Assembly (NCBI GenBank): GCA_040767085.1
Contig: JAXGPF010000010.1
Location: 173,133-237,132, forward strand
From: Kiritimatiellia bacterium
GTDB taxonomy: Bacteria > Verrucomicrobiota > Kiritimatiellia > JAAZAB01
Direction: 5' to 3'
Length of the DNA stretch: 64,000 nucleotides
Below, piece by piece: positions 40,946 to 49,407 of this stretch. How positions within the stretch are numbered: the first letter of the stretch is position 1; each line of letters opens with the position of its first letter. A program made the position numbers and the translations under genes. The notes below the pieces were generated by a model that saw only the letters and a list, made by a program, of their open reading frames with translations, was not told where the DNA came from and did no database searches.

Positions 40946-42790
40946 TCACATGATTTCCAGGGCCGACTCCCAGTTTTTCAGGCGCGCGACATCGTACCCC
41001 AGTTCGGCGTATTCTTCTTCCAGCGCCTGCCGTTCGCGGCCGGCCGTGCCGGCCGGCGCGCGCATGAGCAGTTCGCGCAATTCCCGGCGGCGCCGTTGCA
41101 CGGCGGCGGAGCGCAGGCTCAGGATCAGGTTCTGGACGGACTCGCGGGTTGTAGCAAATTCACTGGTGATTTTCGGCGGCGCCGCCAGCACCCGGGCGGC
41201 GAAGTGCATCAAGGTCTCGTCGTCGGCAGCCGTTTGCGACAGCAGCGCGGCCAGGGGGCATCCCTGGGCGGCGGCTTCGCAACTCAACTCGACGATCCGC
41301 CGGCACAGCGGATGCGTGATGCATTCCAGCGGCAGGTATTGCCGGGCCAGGCTGGCCAGTTCCGGCTCCGCCGCCAGATGTTCCGTCAGCGCCAACTCGC
41401 GTGCGGGCGGAGGCTCGGTGGCCGGCGCGGCGCCTGGCGCTGGCGCTTCCGGCCGGGGGGCGGCGGGAGGCGGCAAGGCGCGCAAGTCCCGCTGCAGCAC
41501 ATCCACCGGCAGGCCCAGGGCGGCGGCGGCCTCCTGCAGCAGCAGGGATTGCTGGACCGCGCTTGGGCTTTTCTGGATCATGGCCAACACCGCCCGGACG
41601 GCCCGCAGCCGGCCGGCTTCCGTGTCGGCGTCGTCAGTGCGGCGCAGGATGTTGATTTGAAAGGCCATCAGCGGGCTGGCTTGCTCCAGCAATTGCCGGA
41701 AGACCGCCGGCCCATCCGGACGGCGCAGGATGGAGTCAGGGTCGTCGCCCTGGGGCAGCGTGGCGATGCGCACGGCCAGGCCGAATTGCAGGAAGACTTC
41801 GGCGGCGCGCAAGGCGGCGTTCTGGCCGGCGCGGTCGGCGTCGAACACCAGCAGCACGTTGTCGGCATAGCGGCGCAGGATGCGGGCATGCTCCTCGGTG
41901 AAGGCCGTGCCCTGGGCGGCGACGGCATTGTCGAACCCGGCCAGGTGGCATTGGATGACGTCAATCTGCCCCTCGCAGATCATGACCCGGCCGGCGTCGG
42001 CAATGGCGCGGCGCGCCCGGTCCAGGGCGTAAAGCACGCGCCCCTTGTGGAAGATGATCGTTTCGGGCGTATTGACGTACTTAGCGCCCTGGTCCTCTCC
42101 GGATAAACTCCGGCCGCTGAACCCGATCACGCGGCCCTGCTCGTCGCGGATAGGAAACATCAGGCGGTTGCGGAACCGGTCGTACCAGTGCGGCTCATGG
42201 GGCCGGCCAACACTCCGGCTGGCGGCCTGCACGGCCAAGCCGGCCTGTTCCAGGAGGGCGGGCTTGAACTTGCGGCCGGCCCAGGCGAGCAAGGCGTCCC
42301 ACTTGTCCGGGGCGTATCCGATCATGAAATCTTCCACGGCGCGCTCCGAAAGCGCGCGCGCCGCCAGGTAGCGCCGCGCGCTTTCCCCGGCCGGACCTTC
42401 ACGGAGGCATTGCTGGTAAAACCGGGCGGCCGCCTGGTTGATCGTAAAAAGCATTTCGCGGGGGGAAGTCTGCCCGGCGGGCGCGCCGCCGGAACGGTCG
42501 AGCGACACGCCGGCGCGGCGCGCCAGGAGTTGCACCGCGGCGATGAAATCCAGTTTTTCATACTCCATCACGAACCGGAAAACGTCGCCGCCCTTGCCGC
42601 AGCCGAAACAGTGGAAAACCTGGCGTTGCGGATTCACGACGAAGGAAGGTGTTTTTTCCTTGTGGAACGGGCAGAGCGCCTTCAGGGTGTTGCCCTGGCG
42701 CTGCAAGGGCATGAAGGATTCGACCACCGCCGCGATGTCGCTGCGGGAGCGGATTTCTTCCAGGACTTCTGGCGGTATCATTGGTGACAT
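40946..42790 (-). CDS. dnaG: DNA primase
   Basis: CPFHKEKTPSF, HCFGC, FRNRLMFPI, KYVNTPET, EGQIDVI, FDAD.AG, DPD. Confidence 0.97.
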   Translation of the reverse strand: MSPMIPPEVLEEIRSRSDIAAVVESFMPLQRQGNTLKALCPFHKEKTPSFVVNPQRQVFHCFGCGKGGDVFRFVMEYEKLDFIAAVQLLARRAGVSLDRSGGAPAGQTSPREMLFTINQAAARFYQQCLREGPAGESARRYLAARALSERAVEDFMIGYAPDKWDALLAWAGRKFKPALLEQAGLAVQAASRSVGRPHEPHWYDRFRNRLMFPIRDEQGRVIGFSGRSLSGEDQGAKYVNTPETIIFHKGRVLYALDRARRAIADAGRVMICEGQIDVIQCHLAGFDNAVAAQGTAFTEEHARILRRYADNVLLVFDADRAGQNAALRAAEVFLQFGLAVRIATLPQGDDPDSILRRPDGPAVFRQLLEQASPLMAFQINILRRTDDADTEAGRLRAVRAVLAMIQKSPSAVQQSLLLQEAAAALGLPVDVLQRDLRALPPPAAPRPEAPAPGAAPATEPPPARELALTEHLAAEPELASLARQYLPLECITHPLCRRIVELSCEAAAQGCPLAALLSQTAADDETLMHFAARVLAAPPKITSEFATTRESVQNLILSLRSAAVQRRRRELRELLMRAPAGTAGRERQALEEEYAELGYDVARLKNWESALEIM

Positions 42791-42891
42791 GTCAATGCTG
42801 GCTCTGATTCATTTTCCCACGCGCTGCGCTGGAGCACACGCCGGAGAATGAGTCCGTCCGAAAAAAACAAACCTGGCGCCGGCGCGGCGGT

Positions 42892-43479
42892 TCAATCCTC
42901 CCGCGGCTGCCCGTCAAGATCAGGCGGGGGGGCGCTGGAATGCGGCGCGGTTTCTGCGGCCGCCTCCGGCTGAAAATCGACTTTAATGGCGCGCACGAAC
43001 CGGATGACCGGCGGCGCCAGCCGGGCGGTGATGCGCCCGGCGCAGGATTTTTGCTGGAGCGTTTCCCGCAGCGGTTCGGAAGGCCAGAGCGCGCCGGCGA
43101 ATAACAGCATGATCACGACCAGGGCGCCCCGCAGCAGACCCATGACAGCGCCGCCGATCCGGTCAATCAGGATGTTGAAATGCACTTCCATCAACAAGGC
43201 CACGATCAGGTGCAGCAAGGCGCAGCAAACGCCCAGCAGCATCACGATCAAGGCGAAGGCGATGGCCTGTGCCATTTCGGGGCTGGCGGAAAGACGGGTA
43301 TGCGCCGCCAGTTGATCGCCGATAACCGCGTAATACCGCCAGCCCATGGCCAGCACCAGCGCCGTGCACAGCAGGCGGAAGAGTTCGCCGGCCATCTTGC
43401 GGCGCAACCCCATGACGATTTCCCAGGCGATCATGCCCAGCGCAATTAAATCGACCGCATTGTAAGAAAACTGCGCCAT
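42892..43479 (-). CDS. cvpA: CvpA (colicin V production) family membrane protein
   Basis: D.I......G.RR...E, DRIGGA..G..RG, several TMs. Confidence 0.75.
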   Translation of the reverse strand: MAQFSYNAVDLIALGMIAWEIVMGLRRKMAGELFRLLCTALVLAMGWRYYAVIGDQLAAHTRLSASPEMAQAIAFALIVMLLGVCCALLHLIVALLMEVHFNILIDRIGGAVMGLLRGALVVIMLLFAGALWPSEPLRETLQQKSCAGRITARLAPPVIRFVRAIKVDFQPEAAAETAPHSSAPPPDLDGQPRED

Positions 43480-43501
43480 AGCAAGCCTCGCTCGTTAAAA
43501 T

Positions 43502-44878
43502 TCACATGGCGTTGGATTGTCGGAGCGCTTCCAGCCGCTGGCGCGCGTTGCGCGCGCGCACATCCGCCGGGAAACGCTCCAGGAACAACTCGTAATGCCG
43601 GATGGCCTGTTCCGCCAGGTTCAAGCTGCGGTCGTAAACCTGGATCAGCGACCAGAGAGCATTGGGATCATCCGGCCGCAGATTCACGGCGATTTTGAGG
43701 GAGACCAGCGCGGCGTCGTATTCCGACTGCTCCATGGCCACGCGCGCCAGGGCCAGGTGGGCCGCATACCACTGATCATCCAGGGCGACGGCCTTCTTGA
43801 AATGCAGCAGGGCCTCTTCCGGGCGGTTCTTTTCCAGGTAATACATGCCGACGTTGTAATGCGCCTTGGAATCTTCGCCGCAGGCGAGGGTGGCCGCGCG
43901 GAGCATGGCGCGGAACGTCTTCTCGTCGCCGGCGCGTTCCGCCGCCCGGACGGCCAGCAGGTAATGATTAACCGCGGCCTCCGCCCGGCCCTGGTTTTCC
44001 AGCAACCGCGCCGTGCGCGCCAGGTCGTCGGGGGAGGGCGGGGCGGGTTGGGCGGGGGCCGGTGCGGCGGCGGCTTCTTCCGGCGGCGGGACGCCGAACA
44101 GGGCGGCGGCATTCAGTTCGCGGTTTAATTCATCCATGGCCTGGGCCGCCAGTTCCATTTGACTGCGGCTGGCGCCGCTCAGGCGGGAATATTCATGAAA
44201 CAGCGAGCGCGCCTGGATCAGGTTATTCTGGCGGCGGCGCACCAGCGCCAGGTTATAAACGGCGGGGGGATAGGCCGGATCCTTTTCCAGGCATTGCTGC
44301 AAAAACCTGGCAGACTGGTCCAGGTTATCCGCCTGCAATTCCACCAAACCGAGCGCCGCCATGATGCGGGGCAGGTGCGGCTGGCGCCGGTGGGCTTCCA
44401 TCAGATAGCCGCGCGCCTGCGGCAGGTCGCCCATGCCGCGCCGGATGGCGCTCAGGTATTCCAGCGCCATGGTGTCATCCGACGCCAGGTCCGACGCCTT
44501 TAAAAACCATTCCTCCGCGGTGGCGGCCCGGTCGAGTTCCAGGTTGATCACGCCCAGGTTATACGCCGGTTCCGGCATGGTTGGGGCGAGATTATGGGCG
44601 GTGCCGAGGGCGACCATGGCATCGTCGGGCCGGCCGGCGCGCGCCAGGGCGATCCCCAGGTGGTTCTGCAGCAAAGCCGCGCGCGCCGGATCATTAGCCC
44701 TGCGCACAGCATACTGCAACTGCTCCACGGCGCGTTGCCAGTCGCCGTGTTCCAGGGCTTTTAATCCATTGTAAGAGGCCAACTTGTCGTCATTGCCGGC
44801 GCAACCTGTCAGAACCAGCGCCAGACAGATTGCTGCGGCAGCGCTGCTTCCGGCCGGTTTCGCGCAAATACTTGCCAT
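43502..44878 (-). CDS. Tetratricopeptide-repeat lipoprotein
   Basis: LTGC lipobox, repeated YNLG/NHLG/HYNVG TPR motifs. Confidence 0.85.
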   Translation of the reverse strand: MASICAKPAGSSAAAAICLALVLTGCAGNDDKLASYNGLKALEHGDWQRAVEQLQYAVRRANDPARAALLQNHLGIALARAGRPDDAMVALGTAHNLAPTMPEPAYNLGVINLELDRAATAEEWFLKASDLASDDTMALEYLSAIRRGMGDLPQARGYLMEAHRRQPHLPRIMAALGLVELQADNLDQSARFLQQCLEKDPAYPPAVYNLALVRRRQNNLIQARSLFHEYSRLSGASRSQMELAAQAMDELNRELNAAALFGVPPPEEAAAAPAPAQPAPPSPDDLARTARLLENQGRAEAAVNHYLLAVRAAERAGDEKTFRAMLRAATLACGEDSKAHYNVGMYYLEKNRPEEALLHFKKAVALDDQWYAAHLALARVAMEQSEYDAALVSLKIAVNLRPDDPNALWSLIQVYDRSLNLAEQAIRHYELFLERFPADVRARNARQRLEALRQSNAM

Positions 44879-45037
44879 GCCCAGGCACTCCGTGGTTGTA
44901 ATAATCAAAGCTCGCGTTATAATAGCGCAAACGACGTCATTGGCGCAACAAATTTAACAGGGCAGGGTGTAATTCATTCCGGACCAATCCTCCCGGATTT
45001 TGATGTTGCCCATGACGAGAGCGCCATTTGATTTTCG

Positions 45038-45114
45038 CGGGGCGTAGCGCAGTCTGGTAGCGCGACAGCTTTGGGAGCTGTAAGTCGTGGGTTCAAATCC
45101 CACCGCCCCGACCA
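45038..45114 (+). tRNA. tRNA-Pro (TGG)
   Basis: CGGGGCG/CGCCCCG acceptor stem, ACAGC-TTTGGGA-GCTGT anticodon arm, GGTTCAAATCC T arm, encoded CCA. Confidence 0.97.
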
Positions 45115-45258
45115 TACTTCGCTCGGAGCTACGTATGGCAAGCCATACTTCGCTCGGAGCGGAGCGACGAGCGAAGTATGCCCTACGTAGCACGGCACCG
45201 CGCCGGGCGAAGTAGGGCCGACTCGATGGTTCCCGCTCGGAGCTACGTATGGCAAGCC
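45112..45258. repeat. REP-like palindromic repeat cluster flanking the GIY-YIG remnant
   Basis: cgctcggagctacgtatggcaagcc at 45120-44 and 45234-58. catacttcgctc/gagcgaagtatg inverted pair. Related unit at 45481-45534. Confidence 0.8.
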
Positions 45259-45275
45259 AGCCTTCTGACAGAACC

Positions 45276-45533
45276 ATGCACCATGTCTACCTGCTCAGGA
45301 GTCTGGCCGAGCCCAAGCAGACATACATCGGCCTGACGGACGACATGCGGGCGCGGCTGAAGAGCCACAATGAGGGTGCCAACTTCCACACCGCCAAGTA
45401 CCGCCCTTGGGAACTGGTCTGCTGCATTTTGGGCTCCACCAACCGGAGGTACGGTTCAAACGAGCGCCAGTCACCCCGATCATGCTTCGCTTGGAGCCCT
45501 ACAAGGGATGAAAGCGAAGCATGCCCTGCGTAG
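45276..45533 (+). pseudogene. GIY-YIG nuclease (short YhbQ/UPF0213-like), C-terminus disrupted
   Basis: VYLLRS....QTYIGLTDD...RLKSHN.G...HT.KYRPWELV, after which similarity is lost. Confidence 0.75.
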
Positions 45534-45695
45534 CCTGGGCAGCAAATAGTCGGGCAGAATGCTGGTGTGCCCGCAATGGCGGCATAAGAAACGCGGAAGC
45601 GGAGGCGGTCGTTGCGTGGATCGTCCACCGTCGCATAAAGCCGACCTCGTAAGCAAGCGAGCAGGATAATCAATTGACAGTCAATGATTGGGCAT

Positions 45696-45724
45696 TTGAC
45701 AATGGGGCACATCGGAGTTATAAA
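45696..45724 (+). promoter_or_regulatory. Near-consensus sigma70 promoter (Pc-like) upstream of the cassette array
   Basis: TTGACA-17 nt-TATAAA. Confidence 0.65.
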
Positions 45725-45795
45725 ATACATAACTAAATCGGCTAGTCAGCTTTCACGAAGTAGGCTTAATAATACTGTTCTGCGGAGAGGAAAGA

Positions 45796-46269
45796 ATGGA
45801 TGATCAGAAGACAACGATAAACCCTCCTCTGTTTCTGGCGAGCACAACCATCGCCTGCTGGCGGTGCGGGGCGGACATGCCGGCGGTCGGCCTGATCGCT
45901 CCCAAAGTGCCGGATAATGAAGACGAAGTATGCATCCTGTCCGACATTACGGAACTCCCGCCGTCCGTCTTGGCCTTCGTCCAGAAACGTTTCCCCACGT
46001 TCAAGCGGAAGTTCTCGAAAACGACGCGGACCGAATACTACGCGAACACCTGTCCGAAGTGCGGGATCCTGTCTGGTGATTTCTACCTGCATTCGGAGCC
46101 GGGTGGCCCATTCTTCCCTGAATCGGAAGCCGACGCCGCCTGTCTGACGGTTGAACAGATCCCCCTGGAGGGCCCAATCGAGGTGGAGGCCGGGCTTGGC
46201 ATGGGTGGCGGAGACCTGATTCTGGAACACGGAAAGAAACGGACGCAGGAGGGTAAAGGTATCAGTTAA
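45796..46269 (+). CDS. Zn-ribbon hypothetical protein (cassette 1)
   Basis: CWRCG and YYANTCPKCG..SGDFYLHSEPGGPFFP. Recalls the C-terminal region of DUF5710 proteins (unverified). GGAGAGG RBS. Confidence 0.75.
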   Translation: MDDQKTTINPPLFLASTTIACWRCGADMPAVGLIAPKVPDNEDEVCILSDITELPPSVLAFVQKRFPTFKRKFSKTTRTEYYANTCPKCGILSGDFYLHSEPGGPFFPESEADAACLTVEQIPLEGPIEVEAGLGMGGGDLILEHGKKRTQEGKGIS

Positions 46270-46487
46270 GGATTCTTGTACTTTCTACCCGGTCAACCAA
46301 GGAAAACAGAAATACATTGCTTTTTAGTCCGGGAATCGCCTATCATCCGGCGTTGATGGAAAGTCCGGCCGGGATTACCATGGGGAAATTCCGAACCGAC
46401 CTGCCGAGCTCAACTGCCGTTCGCCCCGAAACCGAGCTTCCGGTCTCTGTCAGTTGCACTCAACAGTTCGCCGTTCGCCAGACCAGA

Positions 46488-47042
46488 ATGAAGACTGAGA
46501 AGGCAAGAGGGAATAGCCGAGCGACGAGAACGGACATGAGGGTCTTCATGTCCCTGCTCGAACTGTACGACGTGTGCTTGCTCAATGCTGACGACTTACT
46601 GAACGAGGCGCGCTTGCTCCTCAGTCACGGCCATGTTGCCCGCGCGTTCGCGCTTGCCTACACCGGATGGGAAGAGGTAGGGAAAGCCCAACTCGTCGGT
46701 GACTACGCGAACGACATGGTCTCTGAGGAGGAGTTCGAAGCCGCTTTCAGAGATCACAACCTTAAGTCCGCATACAACTGGCGACAGTTCGTCTTGAACA
46801 CCAAAGACATTGGTGCATCGACGATTCAGTATGATCGCGCCCGTGCAAAAGAGGCATTTGAAAAACGACAGGCAGCCTTCTACGTGGGAAAGGATGCTCA
46901 TCTGAAGCCTCTGAAACCCGATGCGGGAGTGACCAAGGAGGAATCTGAAAAGGTGATCCGAGCACTTGCCTCGGAACTGAAGCAGATCAGGGAGGCGGAT
47001 GCGTTCACGGAAAGGATCGGTTCAGCCTCGTTTCTGAAATAG
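46488..47042 (+). CDS. AbiV family abortive-infection (HEPN) protein (cassette 2)
   Basis: CL.NA..LL.EA.LL....H..RA.ALA....EE.GKA, FRDH..K, KRQ.AFYV. Start must lie after the cassette boundary at 46473. Confidence 0.82.
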   Translation: MKTEKARGNSRATRTDMRVFMSLLELYDVCLLNADDLLNEARLLLSHGHVARAFALAYTGWEEVGKAQLVGDYANDMVSEEEFEAAFRDHNLKSAYNWRQFVLNTKDIGASTIQYDRARAKEAFEKRQAAFYVGKDAHLKPLKPDAGVTKEESEKVIRALASELKQIREADAFTERIGSASFLK

Positions 47043-47045
47043 AAG

Positions 47046-47115
47046 GGCGAACAACGCGTCGCTCCCTATTCGCAGTCCGCGCCGGGCTGCTCAAGGGAGA
47101 ACGCGGACGTTGGGA
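47046..47115 (+). other. attC site
   Basis: GGCGAAC (complement of GTTCGCC at 46473) ... imperfect stem acgcgtcgctccct/agggagaacgcg with gcag/ctgc inner stem ... GTTGGGA. Confidence 0.8.
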
Positions 47116-47128
47116 GCAAGGGGGCAAT

Positions 47129-47764
47129 ATGACACCGCTTGATTACGACACCGATCAGAACCTGATCAAGTCATACAACTTCCCGATCATGGTCAAGAGG
47201 GCGGTCCAAGAGATGCAGGGCATGGCAGCGGCCATGATTTATGACGGGCGCTTGGATGACGTTGAGATCAACCTGATGAGTGACTGGCTCAATCGCCACA
47301 TCGTGGAGGCCGGTGATTGGCCCCTCTCGGACCTTGTGGCTATTCTCAAGAATGTCCTCGCAGACGGCGTGGTTACCGAACAGGAAAGACTCAATCTCCT
47401 CAACTTTCTCGCCCAGTTCGCCGCTGGCCCCCAACAGCCAGAAGTCATTCAAGGCATTTTCGACTCTGACGCAAAGATCATTTTCCCAGGCCAGATGTTC
47501 CTGTTCACCGGCAAACTGGTCTTCGGCACACGTAAGAAGGCGGAAAATGCCGTCGTGGCGCGTGGAGGATCAATCGCCCCAGCATCGGTTACAGGTGATC
47601 TCAACTACCTTGTGGTGGGTGAGCTTGGAAGCGAGGCCTGGAAGTTCAGCCGATTCGGATCAAAGATCGAAAAGGCTATGCAAATGCGGAAGACCGGCAA
47701 AACACATTCTTTCATTGTTCAGGAGAAACGTTTCGTTCAAGCTGTGATCGAAGCAGGAACATGA
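47129..47764 (+). CDS. TerB-like + BRCT domain protein (cassette 3)
   Basis: M..DG.L...E...L..WL, L.DG.VT..E, then FTGKL..GTR..AE..V..RGG.....VT..LNYLVVG......W..S.FGSKIEKA. Confidence 0.8.
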   Translation: MTPLDYDTDQNLIKSYNFPIMVKRAVQEMQGMAAAMIYDGRLDDVEINLMSDWLNRHIVEAGDWPLSDLVAILKNVLADGVVTEQERLNLLNFLAQFAAGPQQPEVIQGIFDSDAKIIFPGQMFLFTGKLVFGTRKKAENAVVARGGSIAPASVTGDLNYLVVGELGSEAWKFSRFGSKIEKAMQMRKTGKTHSFIVQEKRFVQAVIEAGT

Positions 47765-47767
47765 AGC

Positions 47768-47833
47768 TTCCAACCAGGCCTTCCTGGCTATCGGCACCCC
47801 GGGGTTGCCTCAGCCAGAAGGCTGACATTGGCC
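47768..47833 (+). other. attC site with mutated core (ATT instead of GTT)
   Basis: TTCCAAC ... gccttcctggct/agccagaaggc and ggca/tgcc stems ... gacATTGGCC. Confidence 0.7.
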
Positions 47834-47837
47834 GAGA

Positions 47838-48926
47838 GTGAAGAGGGCGACCCCAAACGCAAATATGAGAGACGCAAAACGAAATGTGATGATCGACATC
47901 GTGGGCGACGTACCCGAAAGGTTGCGCCATGTTTTCAAGTTCTACGGCATTCCCACTCTGGCAGAGCGGTTCGCGTCCCTGCCACAAGTCATCACCACGG
48001 CCTTGAGCGTATTGCCCAACGACGGAGTGAAGAAGGCCGATCTTTCGACCTTAGTGCGAAACCGAAGTGGTTTGTCAGACGTTTTAATCAGAAAACCGGA
48101 ACTTCTGCAGGCCTATTTGGAAGCGTTCGAAGCTGCACTCACGCAGCTGGAAAAAAACGGGCAGATTACGGCATATGGTGATTTTGTTGTCCACCACAAG
48201 AGGCAAACTAAACATGGCGAGGATGTCGCGCTACGGGAGATAACGGACACGCCCCCGGAGAGCCCTGAAGATGTCCGGCGCCCTGAGCCGAACACCGGTC
48301 TTCTGCGTAGGTCTTCTAGCCACCTTCCAACCATCCCTAACTTATCCGAAGCTTTGCCCACCGAGCAATCACAATTTGCCGAAGTTCCACGCGCCCCTTT
48401 GGACGCCGATGCGCAGAAACAACTGGCGATTTTGGCGAACGAGGTAACGGAAGACGCAGCCCCCACAGCGCCAGAGAATAAACAGCAGCAAACGCCACCA
48501 TCGCTTGTACCCCCAGACCCTCTGAGCCACTTGAAAACACTGATTGAGAAAGAACTTGGCGTTAGTGTGCAGAAACGGCTCAATGAAATCTCCCTCTCTG
48601 AGATTGTCCCAGGCTGTTCTTGTGACTGCACTCTATCCTTGCAGTCGGCGGGCACAGAATTAGAGATCAAAGCCGTGTTTCCTCTTGTCATAGATTGCAC
48701 CATTGAACTTCTCGAGATGGCCGAGGCGGAGCGTCTTTGCAGCAATCTTGGGGTTGCGACTGCTCACGGAGACCGTGTGGTAATTATTCGCAAGTCCGTT
48801 GACTTACGACGGCATGAACCGGCCGAACTCCATGCACTCAGCGCAAAGGTCCTTCAAGAAGTCGTGAAAGTCGCTAAGGTTATTTACGACGGTGAACGTT
48901 TTCGAGACAAATCTCGTACAATGTGA
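47838..48926 (+). CDS. Hypothetical protein, gene 1 of the overlapping three-gene operon
   Basis: 362-aa ORF: folded N-terminus, Pro-rich linker, C-terminal alpha/beta domain. Alternative starts at 47865 and 47889. Confidence 0.75.
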   Translation: MKRATPNANMRDAKRNVMIDIVGDVPERLRHVFKFYGIPTLAERFASLPQVITTALSVLPNDGVKKADLSTLVRNRSGLSDVLIRKPELLQAYLEAFEAALTQLEKNGQITAYGDFVVHHKRQTKHGEDVALREITDTPPESPEDVRRPEPNTGLLRRSSSHLPTIPNLSEALPTEQSQFAEVPRAPLDADAQKQLAILANEVTEDAAPTAPENKQQQTPPSLVPPDPLSHLKTLIEKELGVSVQKRLNEISLSEIVPGCSCDCTLSLQSAGTELEIKAVFPLVIDCTIELLEMAEAERLCSNLGVATAHGDRVVIIRKSVDLRRHEPAELHALSAKVLQEVVKVAKVIYDGERFRDKSRTM

Positions 48927-49407
48927 AGAAACATTGCGGAAGGCAAAAGCCGTCGACCGAATCACGCGGCTGCTTACGTTAGGCCTATTTTCACGCGAAG
49001 CGAAGGTTACCGAGGCCCAACGGGCGTGCTATTCTGCGAAGACCCAACGCGATCAGTTCAATGAGTTTACGGCCCACGCTACGAATCTTGACGACCAGTT
49101 ACTGCAAACCGTCGAATTGCATGGCGTAAGGGTTAGTCGAAATACCTTTGCGGATTTTACGCGGCTTGGTGCAGAAGGATATCCGGTGGACTGGGAGAGT
49201 ATCAGACGGTCCGTATTGGAGCGTGACGGTTTTCAGTGTACTGAAGCAGCTGGTAGGTGCGATGGCCCCCTCCAGATTCACCACATCGTGCCCCTCAGTC
49301 GAGGCGGAACGAACCGGCTTGAGAATCTTGTAACACTGTGCCTCTACCACCACTGCACAAAACATGAACATTTGAGGGCAAAATACTATGGAAGTCTACG
49401 GCGCTGA
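48892..49407 (+). CDS. HNH endonuclease
   Basis: YP.DW..IR..VLERD.FQC...C...L.IHHIVPLSRGG.N..ENL.TLC..HH...H. Confidence 0.9.
   Translation: MNVFETNLVQCEETLRKAKAVDRITRLLTLGLFSREAKVTEAQRACYSAKTQRDQFNEFTAHATNLDDQLLQTVELHGVRVSRNTFADFTRLGAEGYPVDWESIRRSVLERDGFQCTEAAGRCDGPLQIHHIVPLSRGGTNRLENLVTLCLYHHCTKHEHLRAKYYGSLRR

Noticed and set aside
40647-41660. 337-aa plus-strand ORF
   Set aside because: It is made of the IS end, the repeat mosaic and antisense dnaG.
45112-45540. CRISPR array
   Set aside because: Only two or three irregularly spaced, partly inverted units, with no constant-length spacers and no cas genes. The same applies to the 11-mers at 51496.
46317-46487. N-terminal extension of AbiV in the ORF track
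   Set aside because: It lies mostly upstream of the cassette boundary at 46473, in the promoter/att-like spacer.
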